From NCBI RefSeq assembly GCF_009914755.1, contig NC_060943.1: a stretch of DNA of 64,000 nucleotides. The stretch is one strand, 5' to 3'. The notes under the pieces were generated by a model. The model made no database searches. It was given only the letters and a program-made list of their open reading frames with translations, and had not been told where the DNA came from. A program made the translations under genes and the position numbers. Source of the DNA: the human T2T-CHM13v2.0 reference genome, Homo sapiens. Shown here piece after piece: positions 27,651-50,755 of the stretch; position 1 is the first letter of the stretch, and every line of letters begins with the position of its first letter.

Positions 27651-28016
27651 GGTGTGATGGTGGATGTCCAAGGTGGCTTGATGTCTGGGAAGACTGTTCC
27701 CAGGCTACCAGCATTCTTGGGGTAGCGCCACCCCTGCCATAGCAGCTCTCCCGGGGGACACCACTCCTCAATGAGGCCATTCCTCATGTCACGCCATCCC
27801 TCGGGTCACCCTGCTCTGCGTGTGAAGCTGCTTTTCCTTGGGGCTCCATTGCCTCAGGTGGGGGACGCTCCTGGGCCATCTGCCAACTCCAGGGACCCCA
27901 CCTCCACCCAGGGAGCTCTCCTCCCCCAGCAGGGTCCTTGCTGGGCCTTTCGTAGGGCCTGGGAAGCAAAGGGAGGCTGGCTGCAAGGCTGGGCCTCCGG
28001 ACTCCTTGCTCTGCAG

Positions 28017-28145
28017 CTACCTGTCCCACCTGGAGCGCATCACCGAGGAGGGCTACGTCCCCACAGCTCAGGACGTGCTCCGCAGCCGCATGCCCACCAC
28101 TGGCATCAACGAGTACTGCTTCTCCGTGCAGAAAACCAACCTGCG
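28017..28145 (+). CDS. GNA15: GNA15 coding exon 4 (switch [10 protein letters not shown])
   Basis: ctgcag| acceptor; [43 protein letters not shown]; donor |gtgagc. Confidence 0.98.
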
Positions 28146-28871
28146 GTGAGCGCTCCACCTAGGCCCAGCCTAGGGGGCAGGGAAGGCTTCCTGTAGGAAG
28201 GGCAAAGGAGCTGGGGCCCTGAGGGATGAGTAGGAGTTTCTTAGGCCCAGCCTTCAAGGAGCTGCCAAGCTAGGGGAAGCAAAGCTCCATGTAGACACCT
28301 CCAGGCCCCCAGGTAGTCAGGACTGGGACCTGTAGGAGCCCAGGCTGAGGCATCAGAGATCCAGGAGGGAATATCTTCTTGGAGGAGGGAATATTAATGG
28401 GGTTTTGAAAGACGAATAGGAGTTCAGTAGTCCTAACCCTGAAGGGGCTGCTGGGGAGGAGGAAATAGAGACTATACAGTCAGGACCAGGTCTGGGGAGG
28501 CCTGGTCTGGGGAGCTCAGAGGTGATCCCTGTAGTCATCAACACTGGGGGATGGACTAGAGTGTGAGGCTGGAAGTCAGGAAACTCAGAAAAAGGAGGAG
28601 CCAGGACAGTGGGCGTGGGGATGGAAAGGAAGGGATGGGCAAGAGTTGTTTCTGATGTGGAATGGGCAGGACTGGATGAGTGTGGGAATTAGAACAGGAA
28701 GTCAAAAATGACACCTGAGTTTTTTGTCAAGGTGATGGGGGTAGACAGTGGAGCCGGTGGGCTAGAGGATGAAAAGGTGGTGATGGAGTCCTTTGGGACA
28801 GGTTGAGTCTGAGGGGCCTAGGGGGACTCCACCTTAGCTGGCAGACAGAGGTGGGAATGGCCAGTGCAGCA

Positions 28872-28892
28872 CCCTAACCCTAACCCTAACCC
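28872..28892 (-). repeat. Short interstitial telomeric repeat, (GGGTTA)3GGG on the minus strand
   Basis: ccctaaccctaaccctaaccc on + strand. Confidence 0.9.
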
Positions 28893-29310
28893 AGCAGAGC
28901 AATGGCCAATGTCAAAGGTCAGGAAAGGAAAGGTCAAGAATACAGTGAGAAGAATGACTCTGGGATTGGCAGTTAGAGGGTCACTGGTGACCTTAGCAAG
29001 ATCTGTTTCCATGGGCTGATGGCGGGGAGCTGAGCAGGGGTGCAAAGTCATGCCCAGAGACAGCGATTGTGTTTGACCTACCCCTATTTGGCCTTCCTTT
29101 CCCTAAATCCCCCAAACCTATTGTTTTGGCCTCTTCAATAGTCCTTACTAGGAAGGTTCATAATTTATCTGTTTTCTGTGGGTCTCCTCTACAAGATGGA
29201 GAGCCTCACAAGGTTAGGGGCTGAGTTTGATTCTTCTGCTTCTTTAGTGAATAGCTAAAGGTCAGAGTAGAAGTTGGTAAATGTGGGTGGATGGTTGGAA
29301 AGATGGAATG

Positions 29311-29506
29311 GGGGCAACCCGCTCGGGTCCCCTTCCACGCTGTGGAAGCTTTGTTCTTTCGCTCTTCACAATAAATCTTGCTGCTGCTCACTCTTTGGGT
29401 CCACACCACCTTTAAGAGCTGTAACACTTACTGCGAAGGTCTGCGGCTTCATTCTTGAAGTCAGCGAGACCGAGAACCCACGAGAAGGAACCAGCTCTGG
29501 GACACA
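29311..29506 (+). mobile_element. LTR12 (ERV9) 3' fragment
   Basis: ggcaacccgctcgggtccccttccacgctgtggaagctttgttctttcgctcttcacaataaatcttgctgctgctcactctttgggtcc...gacaca matches the recalled LTR12 R/U5 sequence. Confidence 0.85.
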
Positions 29507-29584
29507 ATAGTAGTGTTAGTACCCAAGGATGACTTCTATGGGAGAGATACTTGGTCTGGGAATCTTTAAAAAAAAAAAAAAGGA

Positions 29585-31105
29585 AAGATGGAAGGGAATG
29601 GATGGGTGGATGAATGGGTGGATGGATAGATGAATAGATGGATGGATAAGTTGAGGGATAGATGAGTGGATGGATGGAGTGGCAGGATGGATGAGTGGAT
29701 GAATCAATGGATAGATGGATGAGTGGGTGGATGGATGAATGGATGGATAGATGGATGGATTGAAAGAGGGATGAGTGGATGGATGGATGGATGGATGGTT
29801 AGATGGGTGGATGGGTGATACATGAATGGATGAGTGGGTGGATGAGTGGATAGATGGATAGATGGGTGGATGAATGGGTGGATGGATGGGTGAATGAGTG
29901 GATGGATGAATTAATGGGTAGATGGGTGGAAGGGTGATGGGTGAATGGATGGGTGGGTGGATTGGTGAGTGAAGGATGGATGGATGAGTGGATAGATGGA
30001 TGGGTGGGTGGGATGGATGAATGGATGGATGAATGGGTGGGTGAATGCATGGATGGATGGGTGGATGAGTGGATGGATGGATGAATGAATGGGTAGATGG
30101 GTGGCAGGTGATGGATGAATGAATGAATAAATGGGTGAATGGGTGAGTGAAGGATGGATGGATGAGTGGGTGAATGGATGGATGAATGGATGAGTGGATG
30201 GGGGTGTGGGTGGGTGGATGGGTAGATGGGTGGACGAGTGAGTGGATAGATGGGTAGATGGATGTATGAGTAGATGGATAATGGGTGAACAGATGGGTGG
30301 ATGGATAGATGAGTAGATGAAGCGATGGATGGATGGGTGGATTGAGTAAATGGGTGGACAGGCAGGTGGATGATGGATGGATGAATAGATGGGTAGATGG
30401 ATAGACGGATAGATGGATGGATGAGTGAATGAATAGATGGATGGGTGGATGGATAGATGGATGGATGGGTGGGATGGATGGATGGATGGATGGATGAATG
30501 GGTGGATGGATGGGTGGATGAGTGGATGGATGGATGAATGAATGGGTAGATGGGTGGTGGGTGATGGATGGATGGATGAATGGGTGGATGGATGGGTGGA
30601 TGAGTGGATGGATGGATGAATGAATGGGTAGATGGGTGGTGGGTGACGGATGAATGGATGAATGGGTGGATGGGTGAGTGGATGAATGGATGAGTGGATG
30701 GGTGGGAGGGTGGGTGGATGGGTAGATGGGTGGATGAGTGAGTGGATAGATGGGTAGATGGATGGATGGGTAGCTGGGTAATGGGTGGACAGATGGGTGG
30801 ATGGATGGATGGATGAGTAAATGGAGAGATGGATGGGTGGGTCGGTGGGTGGATTTCGTAAATGGGTGGACAGGTGGATGGATGATGGATGGATGGATAG
30901 ATGGGTAGATGGATAGATGGATGGATGAGTGAATGGCTGGATGGGTGGATGGATGGGTGGGTGGATGGATGATGGATGGATGGATAGATGGGTAGATGGA
31001 TAGATGGATGGATGAGTGAATGGCTGGATGGGTGGATGGATGAGTGGGTGGGTGGATGGGTGGATGGATGAGTGAATAAATCGATGAATGGGGTGGGTGG
31101 GTGGA
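29585..31105 (+). repeat. ~1.5 kb (TGGA)n / (GGAT)n degenerate simple repeat, intron 4
   Basis: ggatggatgggtggatgaat... throughout. Confidence 0.95.
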
Positions 31106-32131
31106 TAAAAGTTTAGGAGTGAAGGTAGAGGCTGGGAAATCATGGGGAAGTCTGGGCCAAGGAAGTGATTTTTAGGTGTGGCCCAGGAGTGAGACGAATG
31201 AATGGAGTGAGGGCTCAGAGGACACTGAGACCCGAGATGAGAGGTGATGCCCACAGTTCCCAACTGGTCAGTTGCTGATCCCACTCCCGTCTCAGTCTCC
31301 AGAGCCCCCTCTCGACGGCTGCTTACCCTGTCTGGCTCTGGATGTGGGGTTTGAGGGACTCTGAGGATGCATGGGAGGAGTGGGTCTCAGGGATCAGGAG
31401 ACACATCCAGCAGCTGCAGCCTAACTGCTTCATCATCAGTCCCGGTTTCCCCTCCTGTGCAATGGGGCAAGTCCCTTCTTGCTTGAGGCCCTGGGCCGGG
31501 CCCGTCCAAAGCCTCTGTTCTGGGACTTCCTGAGTAACGGTTGCATCCCCAGGGAAATGACGCACAGATGGTTATCAGCGACCCACATTTCTCAGAAGAG
31601 AGAGAACAGGAAGGTGGGGGCAGGGTTCAGGCTTTTGTTACGGTGCGTGGGGCTGAGTCACAGATGGAGGGGAGGACGTGTGCTCTGGGAACAGCCCTCA
31701 TTCCCATCTGTGTGGCCACTGGACATGCCCATGGCCAGCCAGAGCACAGGAGCCCCATAGCACAGATGGTAAAACTGAGTTTTGGAGATGTTTGGCAATT
31801 TCCTCCGCCGGGTCGCCCAGCCAGCACCAGGGCACATCTCAGATCTGTCCAACCTGCTCCCCTCTAATATGGGGGTAGAAAGCAGGCAGCCCAGCACAGT
31901 AGAAGCTTGGGAAAGTCCCCGCTCCTCCCTGGATCTCAGGCTTCTCATCTGTAAAATGGGCGTAAGACTCATCCTTGCCTCGCGGGAATGACATGGCAAA
32001 TCCACGAGAGGCTAGCACCTATTCTTGCTGTCGCTATTATGGATCTCGGCATATCCCAGACGTGATGGGGGTTGGGGGTGTCACGGAGCAGGCTCCTGAG
32101 CTCTGAAAGGGGGCACCTCGGTTCCCTGTAG

Positions 32132-32261
32132 GATCGTGGACGTCGGGGGCCAGAAGTCAGAGCGTAAGAAATGGATCCATTGTTTCGAGAACGTGATCGC
32201 CCTCATCTACCTGGCCTCACTGAGTGAATACGACCAGTGCCTGGAGGAGAACAACCAGGAG
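32132..32261 (+). CDS. GNA15: GNA15 coding exon 5 (DVGGQ, switch II)
   Basis: ctgtag| acceptor; [43 protein letters not shown]; donor |gtgcgc. Confidence 0.98.
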
Positions 32262-32360
32262 GTGCGCCACCGCCTCCCTCGCCCTGCCCACTTGTTGGCC
32301 CAGGGACCCTCACCTGAGCAGGAAGCTCTGGTGCAGAAAGGGAGGGATCCCTGCTCTTGA

Positions 32361-33005
<645 letters not shown>

Positions 33006-33320
33006 TAGAAGAGAGGGGGTTTCACCATGTTAGCCAGGATGGTCTCAATCTCCTGACCTCGTGATCCGCCCGCCTCGGCCTCCCAAAGTGCTGGGATTAC
33101 AGGCGTGAGCCACTGTGCCCAGCCAATAGCCTCTTTTAATAAGTACACCAGTCGTCTAGGATCAGGGCCCACCCTACTCCAGTACGACCTCATCTGGGTT
33201 AATTCCTCGTGTGATGGCCCTGTTTCCAAAGAAGGTCACAAACTGAGGTTCTAGGGGGTTAGGTCTTGAACGTATGAATTTTGGGGAAATATGATGTACC
33301 CCATAACACAAGGCATTTGA

Positions 33321-33531
<211 letters not shown>

Positions 33532-34056
33532 TAGCCAGGCTGGTCTCCAACTCCTGGCCTCAGGTGATCTGCCCGCCTTGGCCTCCCAAAGTGCTAGGAT
33601 TACAGCCGTGAGCTGCCGCGCCCGGCCAGGTCTCCCTCTTCTTATGAGGACAGCAGTCACGGACTTGAGGGCCACCGTATTCTAGTATTGCCTCACCTTA
33701 ACGACCTCTTCAAAGACCCTATCTCCAGGCCAGGTGCAGTGGTTCATGCCTATAACCCCAGCACGCTGGGAGGCCAGGAGTTCAAGAATCTCTCTCCAGA
33801 TAAGGTCACACTCTGAAGCTCTGGGGGGACATGAATTTCGGGAGGACACACTTCCAACCAGCACAGGCACAAAACCATGTCAGGCACACCCAGGCAGCTG
33901 TCCATATGGAAACACGGGCACACCCGCCTCAGCCCCAGCCAGGCAGATAGGGGTGAGCCCATGCCCCTGGAGCCAACAGCCCCGTCTCCGCGATGGGAGG
34001 GTTTCCTGTCCCACCTGGCTGGTTGAAGCACTAACCTGCTTCTGCCCCCAACACAG

Positions 34057-34210
34057 AACCGCATGAAGGAGAGCCTCGCATTGTTTGGGACTATCCTGGA
34101 ACTACCCTGGTTCAAAAGCACATCCGTCATCCTCTTTCTCAACAAAACCGACATCCTGGAGGAGAAAATCCCCACCTCCCACCTGGCTACCTATTTCCCC
34201 AGTTTCCAGG
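34057..34210 (+). CDS. GNA15: GNA15 coding exon 6 (NKxD motif)
   Basis: cactaac branch point at 34029-34035; acacag| acceptor; [51 protein letters not shown]; donor G|gtaagc. Confidence 0.98.
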
Positions 34211-34443
34211 GTAAGCAGTTCTAGAACTTTCTATACCCTTCAACTCTCAAAAGCAGCTCCGAAGAGAGATGCTAATCCAGACTCTACTTCAGCCTGGAGT
34301 CACCGGAACTTTCACATAGGATCAGACCCGCGTTCTAGACTCAGCTCCATCCACTGCCCGACCTCATTGAATCTGTTTTCCCTTCTGTGGAATGGAATAA
34401 AATAGCAGAGGCCCTTGGAACTGAGTAAAGTGAGGAATTCTAA

Positions 34444-35969
<1,526 letters not shown>

Positions 35970-36334
35970 TTTCTCTTTAATTTTTAAAGCAGAGCTTTGA
36001 ACAATGTTTCCAAAGCACACAGCTTAGTTTTGTAATACAACGACCTTCTTTCATGCGGCACTTGTAGCTACAGATTTGCATAACGTTTCTTTTAATTGCA
36101 TATGAATCAAGACATGTACAATGGGCAAAAACAGGTTTGGGAACAAACTCTCAGTCCATCCAGAGGGTGAAAGGGCCACAGGGCAACTACAGAGAAACAC
36201 CATCTAGTGTTGGGCACCACTTAGTATATTTTACAAAGGGGAGGCAGAGTTGTGGTTAATCCAGGGACCAACGTGGGGAAGGTACATATTCACTAGCACT
36301 TTCCCCAGAACACCACTGTGAGGATAAAGTGTGG

Positions 36335-38451
<2,117 letters not shown>

Positions 38452-39118
38452 TTAATCTTCATGTTAAAACCCTATGCAGGGCTGGGCACAGTGGCTCACG
38501 CCTGTAATCCCAGCGCTTTGGGGGGGTCAAGGCGGGCTGATCATTTGAGGTCAGGAGTTCGAGACCAGCCTGGCCAACATGGCAAAACCCCATCTCTACT
38601 AAAAATACAAAAATTACCTGGGCATGGTGGCAGGCGCCTGTAATCCCAGCTACTGCCAAGATTGCACCATTGCACTCCAGCCTGGGCGACAGAGCGAGGC
38701 CCCATCTCAAGAAAAAAAAAAAAAAGAGGACTCTCTTCCCCTCGTTTGGCCTTGATGCCGCCATCTTCACAGTCCTGGGATATTTGTCTATGCGATTCCA
38801 GTCTTCCAACTGCACTGGCTGTAAGCGAGGCCAAGAGAGTGTCTCTCTTTAACACAGTTCTGCCCAAAGTCCCAGAGCTGGGTCTCATTGGTCCATTTCA
38901 GGTCACATGACTCGTGTGAGACAATCTCCTGTGTTCCCATTGGCTGGGCCGGAGTCGTGTGACCAGCTATGACTACAAAAGATGGAGTCAACGCACAGAA
39001 AAATGACAGGCGCGATCCCTGGGTCCCTTCAGTGCTGGTTACAGGGAAGAGGGTCTCCAGAGGCCCCCTGGGTCCAAAGAGGGAGGGTCCTCACCCCCTT
39101 CCCACACTGTTTCCCCAG

Positions 39119-39345
39119 GCCCTAAGCAGGATGCTGAGGCAGCCAAGAGGTTCATCCTGGACATGTACACGAGGATGTACACCGGGTGCGTGGACGGCCC
39201 CGAGGGCAGCAAGAAGGGCGCACGATCCCGACGCCTCTTCAGCCACTACACATGTGCCACAGACACACAGAACATCCGCAAGGTCTTCAAGGACGTGCGG
39301 GACTCGGTGCTCGCCCGCTACCTGGACGAGATCAACCTGCTGTGA
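39119..39345 (+). CDS. GNA15: GNA15 coding exon 7 (TCAT motif, C-terminus EINLL)
   Basis: ccccag| acceptor; PKQDAEAAKRFILDMYTRMYTGCVDGPEGSKKGARSRRLFSHYTCATDTQNIRKVFKDVRDSVLARYLDEINLL*; exon lengths sum to 1125 nt = 374 aa + stop. Confidence 0.98.
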
Positions 39346-40053
39346 CCCAGGCCCCACCTGGGGCAGGCGGCACCGGCGGGCGGGTGGGAGGTGGGAGTGG
39401 CTGCAGGGACCCCTAGTGTCCCTGGTCTATCTCTCCAGCCTCGGCCCACACGCAAGGGAGTCGGGGGACGGACGGCCCGCTGCTGGCCGCTCTCTTCTCT
39501 GCCTCTCACCAGGACAGCCGCCCCCCAGGGTACTCCTGCCCTTGCTTGACTCAGTTTCCCTCCTTTGAAAGGGAAGGAGCAAAACGGCCATTTGGGATGC
39601 CAGGGTGGATGAAAAGGTGAAGAAATCAGGGGATTGAGGACTTGGGTGGGTGGGCATCTCTCAGGAGCCCCATCTCCGGGCGTGTCACCTCCTGGGCAGG
39701 GTTCTGGGACCCTCTGTGGGTGACGCACACCCTGGGATGGGGCTAGTAGAGCCTTCAGGCGCCTTCGGGCGTGGACTCTGGCGCACTCTAGTGGACAGGA
39801 GAAGGAACGCCTTCCAGGAACCTGTGGACTAGGGGTGCAGGGACTTCCCTTTGCAAGGGGTAACAGACCGCTGGAAAACACTGTCACTTTCAGAGCTCGG
39901 TGGCTCACAGCGTGTCCTGCCCCGGTTTGCGGACGAGAGAAATCGCGGCCCACAAGCATCCCCCCATCCCTTGCAGGCTGGGGGCTGGGCATGCTGCATC
40001 TTAACCTTTTGTATTTATTCCCTCACCTTCTGCAGGGCTCCGTGCGGGCTGAA

Positions 40054-40059
40054 ATTAAA
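40054..40059 (+). terminator. GNA15: GNA15 polyadenylation signal (ATTAAA)
   Basis: ATTAAA about 710 nt after the stop, with upstream ttttgtatttatt and downstream T/GT-rich sequence. Confidence 0.75.
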
Positions 40060-40524
40060 GATTTCTTAGAGGCTGCGTCGCCAGCGTCCTGTTTATCCCC
40101 TCTGCATTCCTTTCTCGGCTTACGTGTCCCGGGGGCAGTGCTTACAGTGCGGGGAGCAACGTGGAGTAGGAAGGAAAAAAGTTATACTTCTTGTCTACCC
40201 ACCTGTCCTGGCCATGGTACCCAGAACTGTGGAGGCTGTGAGTCCCGCAAGCCGGGACGTGGAGTCCAACCTCCCTCCCAGGCTGGGGGGGACATTGAAG
40301 CAGACTCCTCCGTGGCTACTGACCTGAAATTCCAGTAGCAGCCCCCACCCAGCTTTGAGAAGGCCTCTTACTATCCTCAGGGCAGTGTTCTGGGGTGCAA
40401 GCCGTAGCACCCCACTTTACAGGTGAGGAAACCGGGGCGCAGAGAAGTGGAGTAATTTGACTAAGCTCACACACCTGGAATTGACAGAGGCAGGAGCCTG
40501 TTCCTACGTTGAACACATTTGTGG

Positions 40525-42946
<2,422 letters not shown>

Positions 42947-43124
42947 TGACCCAGTGGGTCTTAAGAGTTTTTTGACTGGGCACAGCGAGATGCTTTTAAC
43001 TCATCCTTTACTTTGTCAGCTTCAGATCTGCACTGGATCGTTTCTCCAAGGAGCCCTCTTTCCTTTGAATGGGAGATGATATTTAGAGACCACAATCTGA
43101 GCACCAAGTGAGGAAACACATCTT

Positions 43125-43870
<746 letters not shown>

Positions 43871-43969
43871 GGAAACACATCTTTTGTTCGCTTATTTTTA
43901 GTGCAAAAATATTTGAAACCTACAGAAGTTACAAAACCATTACAATGTATTCCCCTGTATTTTTCATCC

Positions 43970-44160
43970 AGGTCAGGAGCCGGCAAACTGCTACCCACAG
44001 GCCAAATACTACTTCAATTGCTTTTGTAAAGTTTTATTGAAACACGGTCATGTCCATTCATGTACCTGTGTCTACGCAGGCTGTTCCTGCATCCATGGAA
44101 TTGAGTAACTGCCACTGATACTGTCTGGCCCCAAAAGCCAAAAATATTTACTATTTGGCC
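43970..44160. mobile_element. MER58-like DNA transposon fragment
   Basis: ccggcaaact...ttttgtaaagttttattgaaacac...ggccccaaaagccaaaaatatttactatttggcc. Confidence 0.65.
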
Positions 44161-44737
44161 TTTTTGTTTTGTTTTGTTTGTTTTTTACTCCCCTTAAAGA
44201 CAAGGTCTTGCTCCGTCACCCAGGCTGGTGTGCAGTGGTGCAACCTCAGCTCACTGCTGCCTCCAACTCCTGGGCTGAAGGGTTCCTCCTGCCTCAGCCT
44301 CCCCGGGGATTCCAGGCATAAGCCCCTGTGTCCGGCCAGGTGTGAGTTTTCGAGTGGACATGCTTGCATTCCTCTTGAGTGTGACCCTAGCGACAGAATT
44401 GCTGGGTCATGTGCTGAGGTCATCCATCCATTTCTAACCCAGGGTTGGCCGGCAGCAGCCCCTCCGAGCTGGCTCCTGTGTTCTTTGCCAGGTCCTCCTC
44501 CCTCTGTGATCACGCCCTCCCTCTCTGGCACACTGAGATGTTCCAGGCTCATCTCCTGCCCTACTCTTGGAATCAACCCTTCCTCCCAGGTTCCCTGGAT
44601 CCTTTCAGCAAGGGGCTGTAGGGGGAGGGAGGTGATCTTTAGAAGCCAAGATCTGGGCACTAGGTGCTCCTTGCTCTGGGATTGTCTCAGTGGAAAGTTA
44701 GGACAGGGTTTTTTTATGTTTTTTGCATAAATCATGA

Positions 44738-48004
<3,267 letters not shown>

Positions 48005-48019
48005 CAGTCCAGGAGCAAG

Positions 48020-48620
48020 TTCTAACCAGGATCAAGGGTCAAGGTCTGGGTTTGTCCATTATCATAGGCTAAGTCAGGGTCAGGGTTCAGCCAGGGATCA
48101 GGGCTCAGTTCAGGATTGGGGCTCAGCCAGGGTCAGGGCTCATCTTGGAGTCAGAGCTGAGCCTGGGGTCAGGCATCAGTCTAGGTTGGAGGTTGGGATT
48201 GGGACCTGGGGGTCTTGGTCCAGGATTGGAGGCTGTGTCTGGGATTAGGGTTCAGTCTAGGATGTGGACCAAGCCTGGGATCAGCATTCAGTCCAGGGTA
48301 GGGGGCTGAGCCTGGGATTAGGGCTTAGTCTTGGATGTGGACTGAGCCTGGGATGAGAGCTCAGTCCAGGGATTAGGGCTCAGTCTAGGATGGGGACTGG
48401 GCTTGGGATGCAGGCTCAGTACAGAGTGGGGGGCTGGTCCTGGGATCAAGGCTCAGTCTAGGACGGGGGCTGGGCCTGGGACTCAGCAATCAGGACTCAG
48501 TCTAGGATGAGGGACTAAGCCTTGGATCAGTGTTCAGTGCAGAGTGGGGGGCTGGGCCTAGGAGCAGGGCTCAGTCAAGCATAGGGGGCTTAGCCTGGGA
48601 TCAGGGCTTAGTCCATCATG
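48020..48620 (+). repeat. Degenerate G-rich tandem repeat (gggattagggctcagtctagg-like)
   Basis: Recurrent cagggctcagt / gggattaggg / cctgggatcag motifs. Confidence 0.7.
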
Positions 48621-49025
48621 AGGCACTCAACCTCAGAACACACAATGTCTCTCTGTGTAGGTGCCTGAGTCATGTGAGGCTGGACTGAGGCTCACTTGTC
48701 TACTCACTGGGCAGGGCAGTGCCTGGGCAAGACCTGGCTGTTTGTTTCCCTCCTGGCCTCACCTCCCAGCTGCCGGCCCCTCCTCCCCGAGCCCCACATC
48801 CCTCTCCAGATCCCCTTTCTGCTTGGTGACCTCCAGTGACAAAAGGCAGCTGCCTCCCCAGTCAGTTCCTCGCATGGAGCCTCCCGACACTGTCCTGCTT
48901 CAGAACTGAACCGTAAGCAAAGGGAGGGGCCATGGGGCCCCAGCATGTGCTGCGATCAGCCCCCGTCTCCTGCCAGCCCTGCCCTCCCTGGGGTGCCCCC
49001 GCTTCTCAGGGCCGATACTGTGCCG

Positions 49026-50755
49026 CTCATGGGACGCCTGTGTTCTCATGGGACGTCTGTGCCCTCATGGGACACCTGTGCCCCTCATGGGAGGCCTGTG
49101 TTCTCATGGGACGCCTGTACCCCTCATGGGACGCCTGTACCCCTCATGGGACGTCTGTGTTCTCATGGGATGCCTGTGCCCTCATGGGATGGCTGTGTTC
49201 TCATGGGACGCCTGTACCCTCATGGGACGCCTGTGCCCCTCATGGGACGCCTGTGTTCTCATGGGATGCCTGTACCCTCATGGGACGCCTGTGCCCCTCA
49301 TGGGACACCTGTGTTCTCATGGGACACCTGTGCCCCTCATGGGATGCCTGTACCCTCATGGGATGCCTGTGCCCCGCATGGGATGCCTGCATTCTCATGG
49401 GACACCTGTGCCCTCATGGGACACCTGTGTTCTCATGGGACACCTGTGTTCTCATGGGACACCTGTGCCCTCATGGGACGCCTGTGCCCTCATGGGACAA
49501 CTGTGTTCTCATGGGACGCCTGTGTTCTCATGGGACGCCTGTGCCCTCATGGGATGCCTGTGTTCTCATGGGACGCCTGTGCCCCTCATGGGATGCCTGT
49601 GCCCTCATGGGACGCCTGTGTTCTCATGGGATGCCTGTGCCCCTCATGGGATGCCTGTGTTCTCATGGGACGCCTGTGCCCCTCATGGGATGCCTGTGTT
49701 CTCATGGGATGCCTGTGCCCCTCATGGGACGCCTGTGCCCTCATGGGACACCTGTGTTCTCATGGGACACCTGTGCCCTCATGGGACGCCTGTGTTCTCA
49801 TGGGACGCCTGTGCCCTCATGGGATGCCTGTGCCCTCATGGGACGCCTGTGACCTCATGGGACGCCTGTGTTCTCATGGGACGCCTGTGTTCTCATGGGA
49901 CGCCTGTGCCCTCATGGGACGCCTGTGTTCTCATGGGACGCCTGTGCCCTCATGGGATGCCTGTGCCCTCATGGGACGCCTGTGCCCTCATGGGACGCCT
50001 GTGTTCTCATGGGACGCCTGTGCCCCTCATGGGATGCCTGTGCCCTCATGGGACGCCTGTGCCCTCATGGGACGCCTGTGTTCTCATGGGACGCCTGTGC
50101 CCCTCATGGGACGCCTGTGTTCTCATGGGACTCCTGTGCCCTCATGGGACGCCTGTGTTCTCATGGGACGCCTGTGCCCCTCATGGGACGCCTGTGTTCT
50201 CATGGGACGCCTGTGCCCTCATGGGACGCCTGTGTTCTCATGGGATGCCTGTGCCCCTCATGGGACACCTGTGTTCTCATGGGACGCCTGTGCCCTCATG
50301 GGACGCCTGTGTTCTCATGGGACGCCTGTGCCTCTCATGGGACACCTGTGTTCTCATGGGACGCCTGTGCCCTCATGGGACGCCTGTGCCCTCATGGGAC
50401 ACCTGTGTTCTCATGGGATGCCTGTGCCCTCATGGGATGCCTGTACCCCTCATGGGACGCCTGTGTTCTCATGGGATGCCTGTACCCTCATGGGACGCCT
50501 GTACCCCTCATGGGACATCTGTGCTCTCATGGGATGCCTGTGCCCCTCATGGGATGCCTGTGCCCTCATGGGACGCCTGCATTCTCATGGGACACCTGTG
50601 CCCTCATGGGATGCCTGTACCCTCATGGGACGCCTGTGCCCCTCATGGGATGCCTGTGTTCTCATGGGATGCCTGTGCCCCTCATGGGACGCCTGCATTC
50701 TCATGGGACACCTGTGCCCTCATGGGATGCCTGTACCCTTCATGGGACGCCTGTG
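49026..50755 (+). repeat. 19/20-bp VNTR, roughly 90 copies (ctcatgggacgcctgtg + tt/cc/ccc)
   Basis: Continuous tandem array about 1.73 kb long. Confidence 0.97.

Noticed and set aside
29911-31284. 457-aa His/Pro/Ser-rich ORF
   Set aside because: Translation of the (TCCA)n simple repeat
49026-50755. CRISPR-like appearance of the regular repeats
   Set aside because: Units are directly tandem with no unique spacers, there are no cas genes, and the context is human
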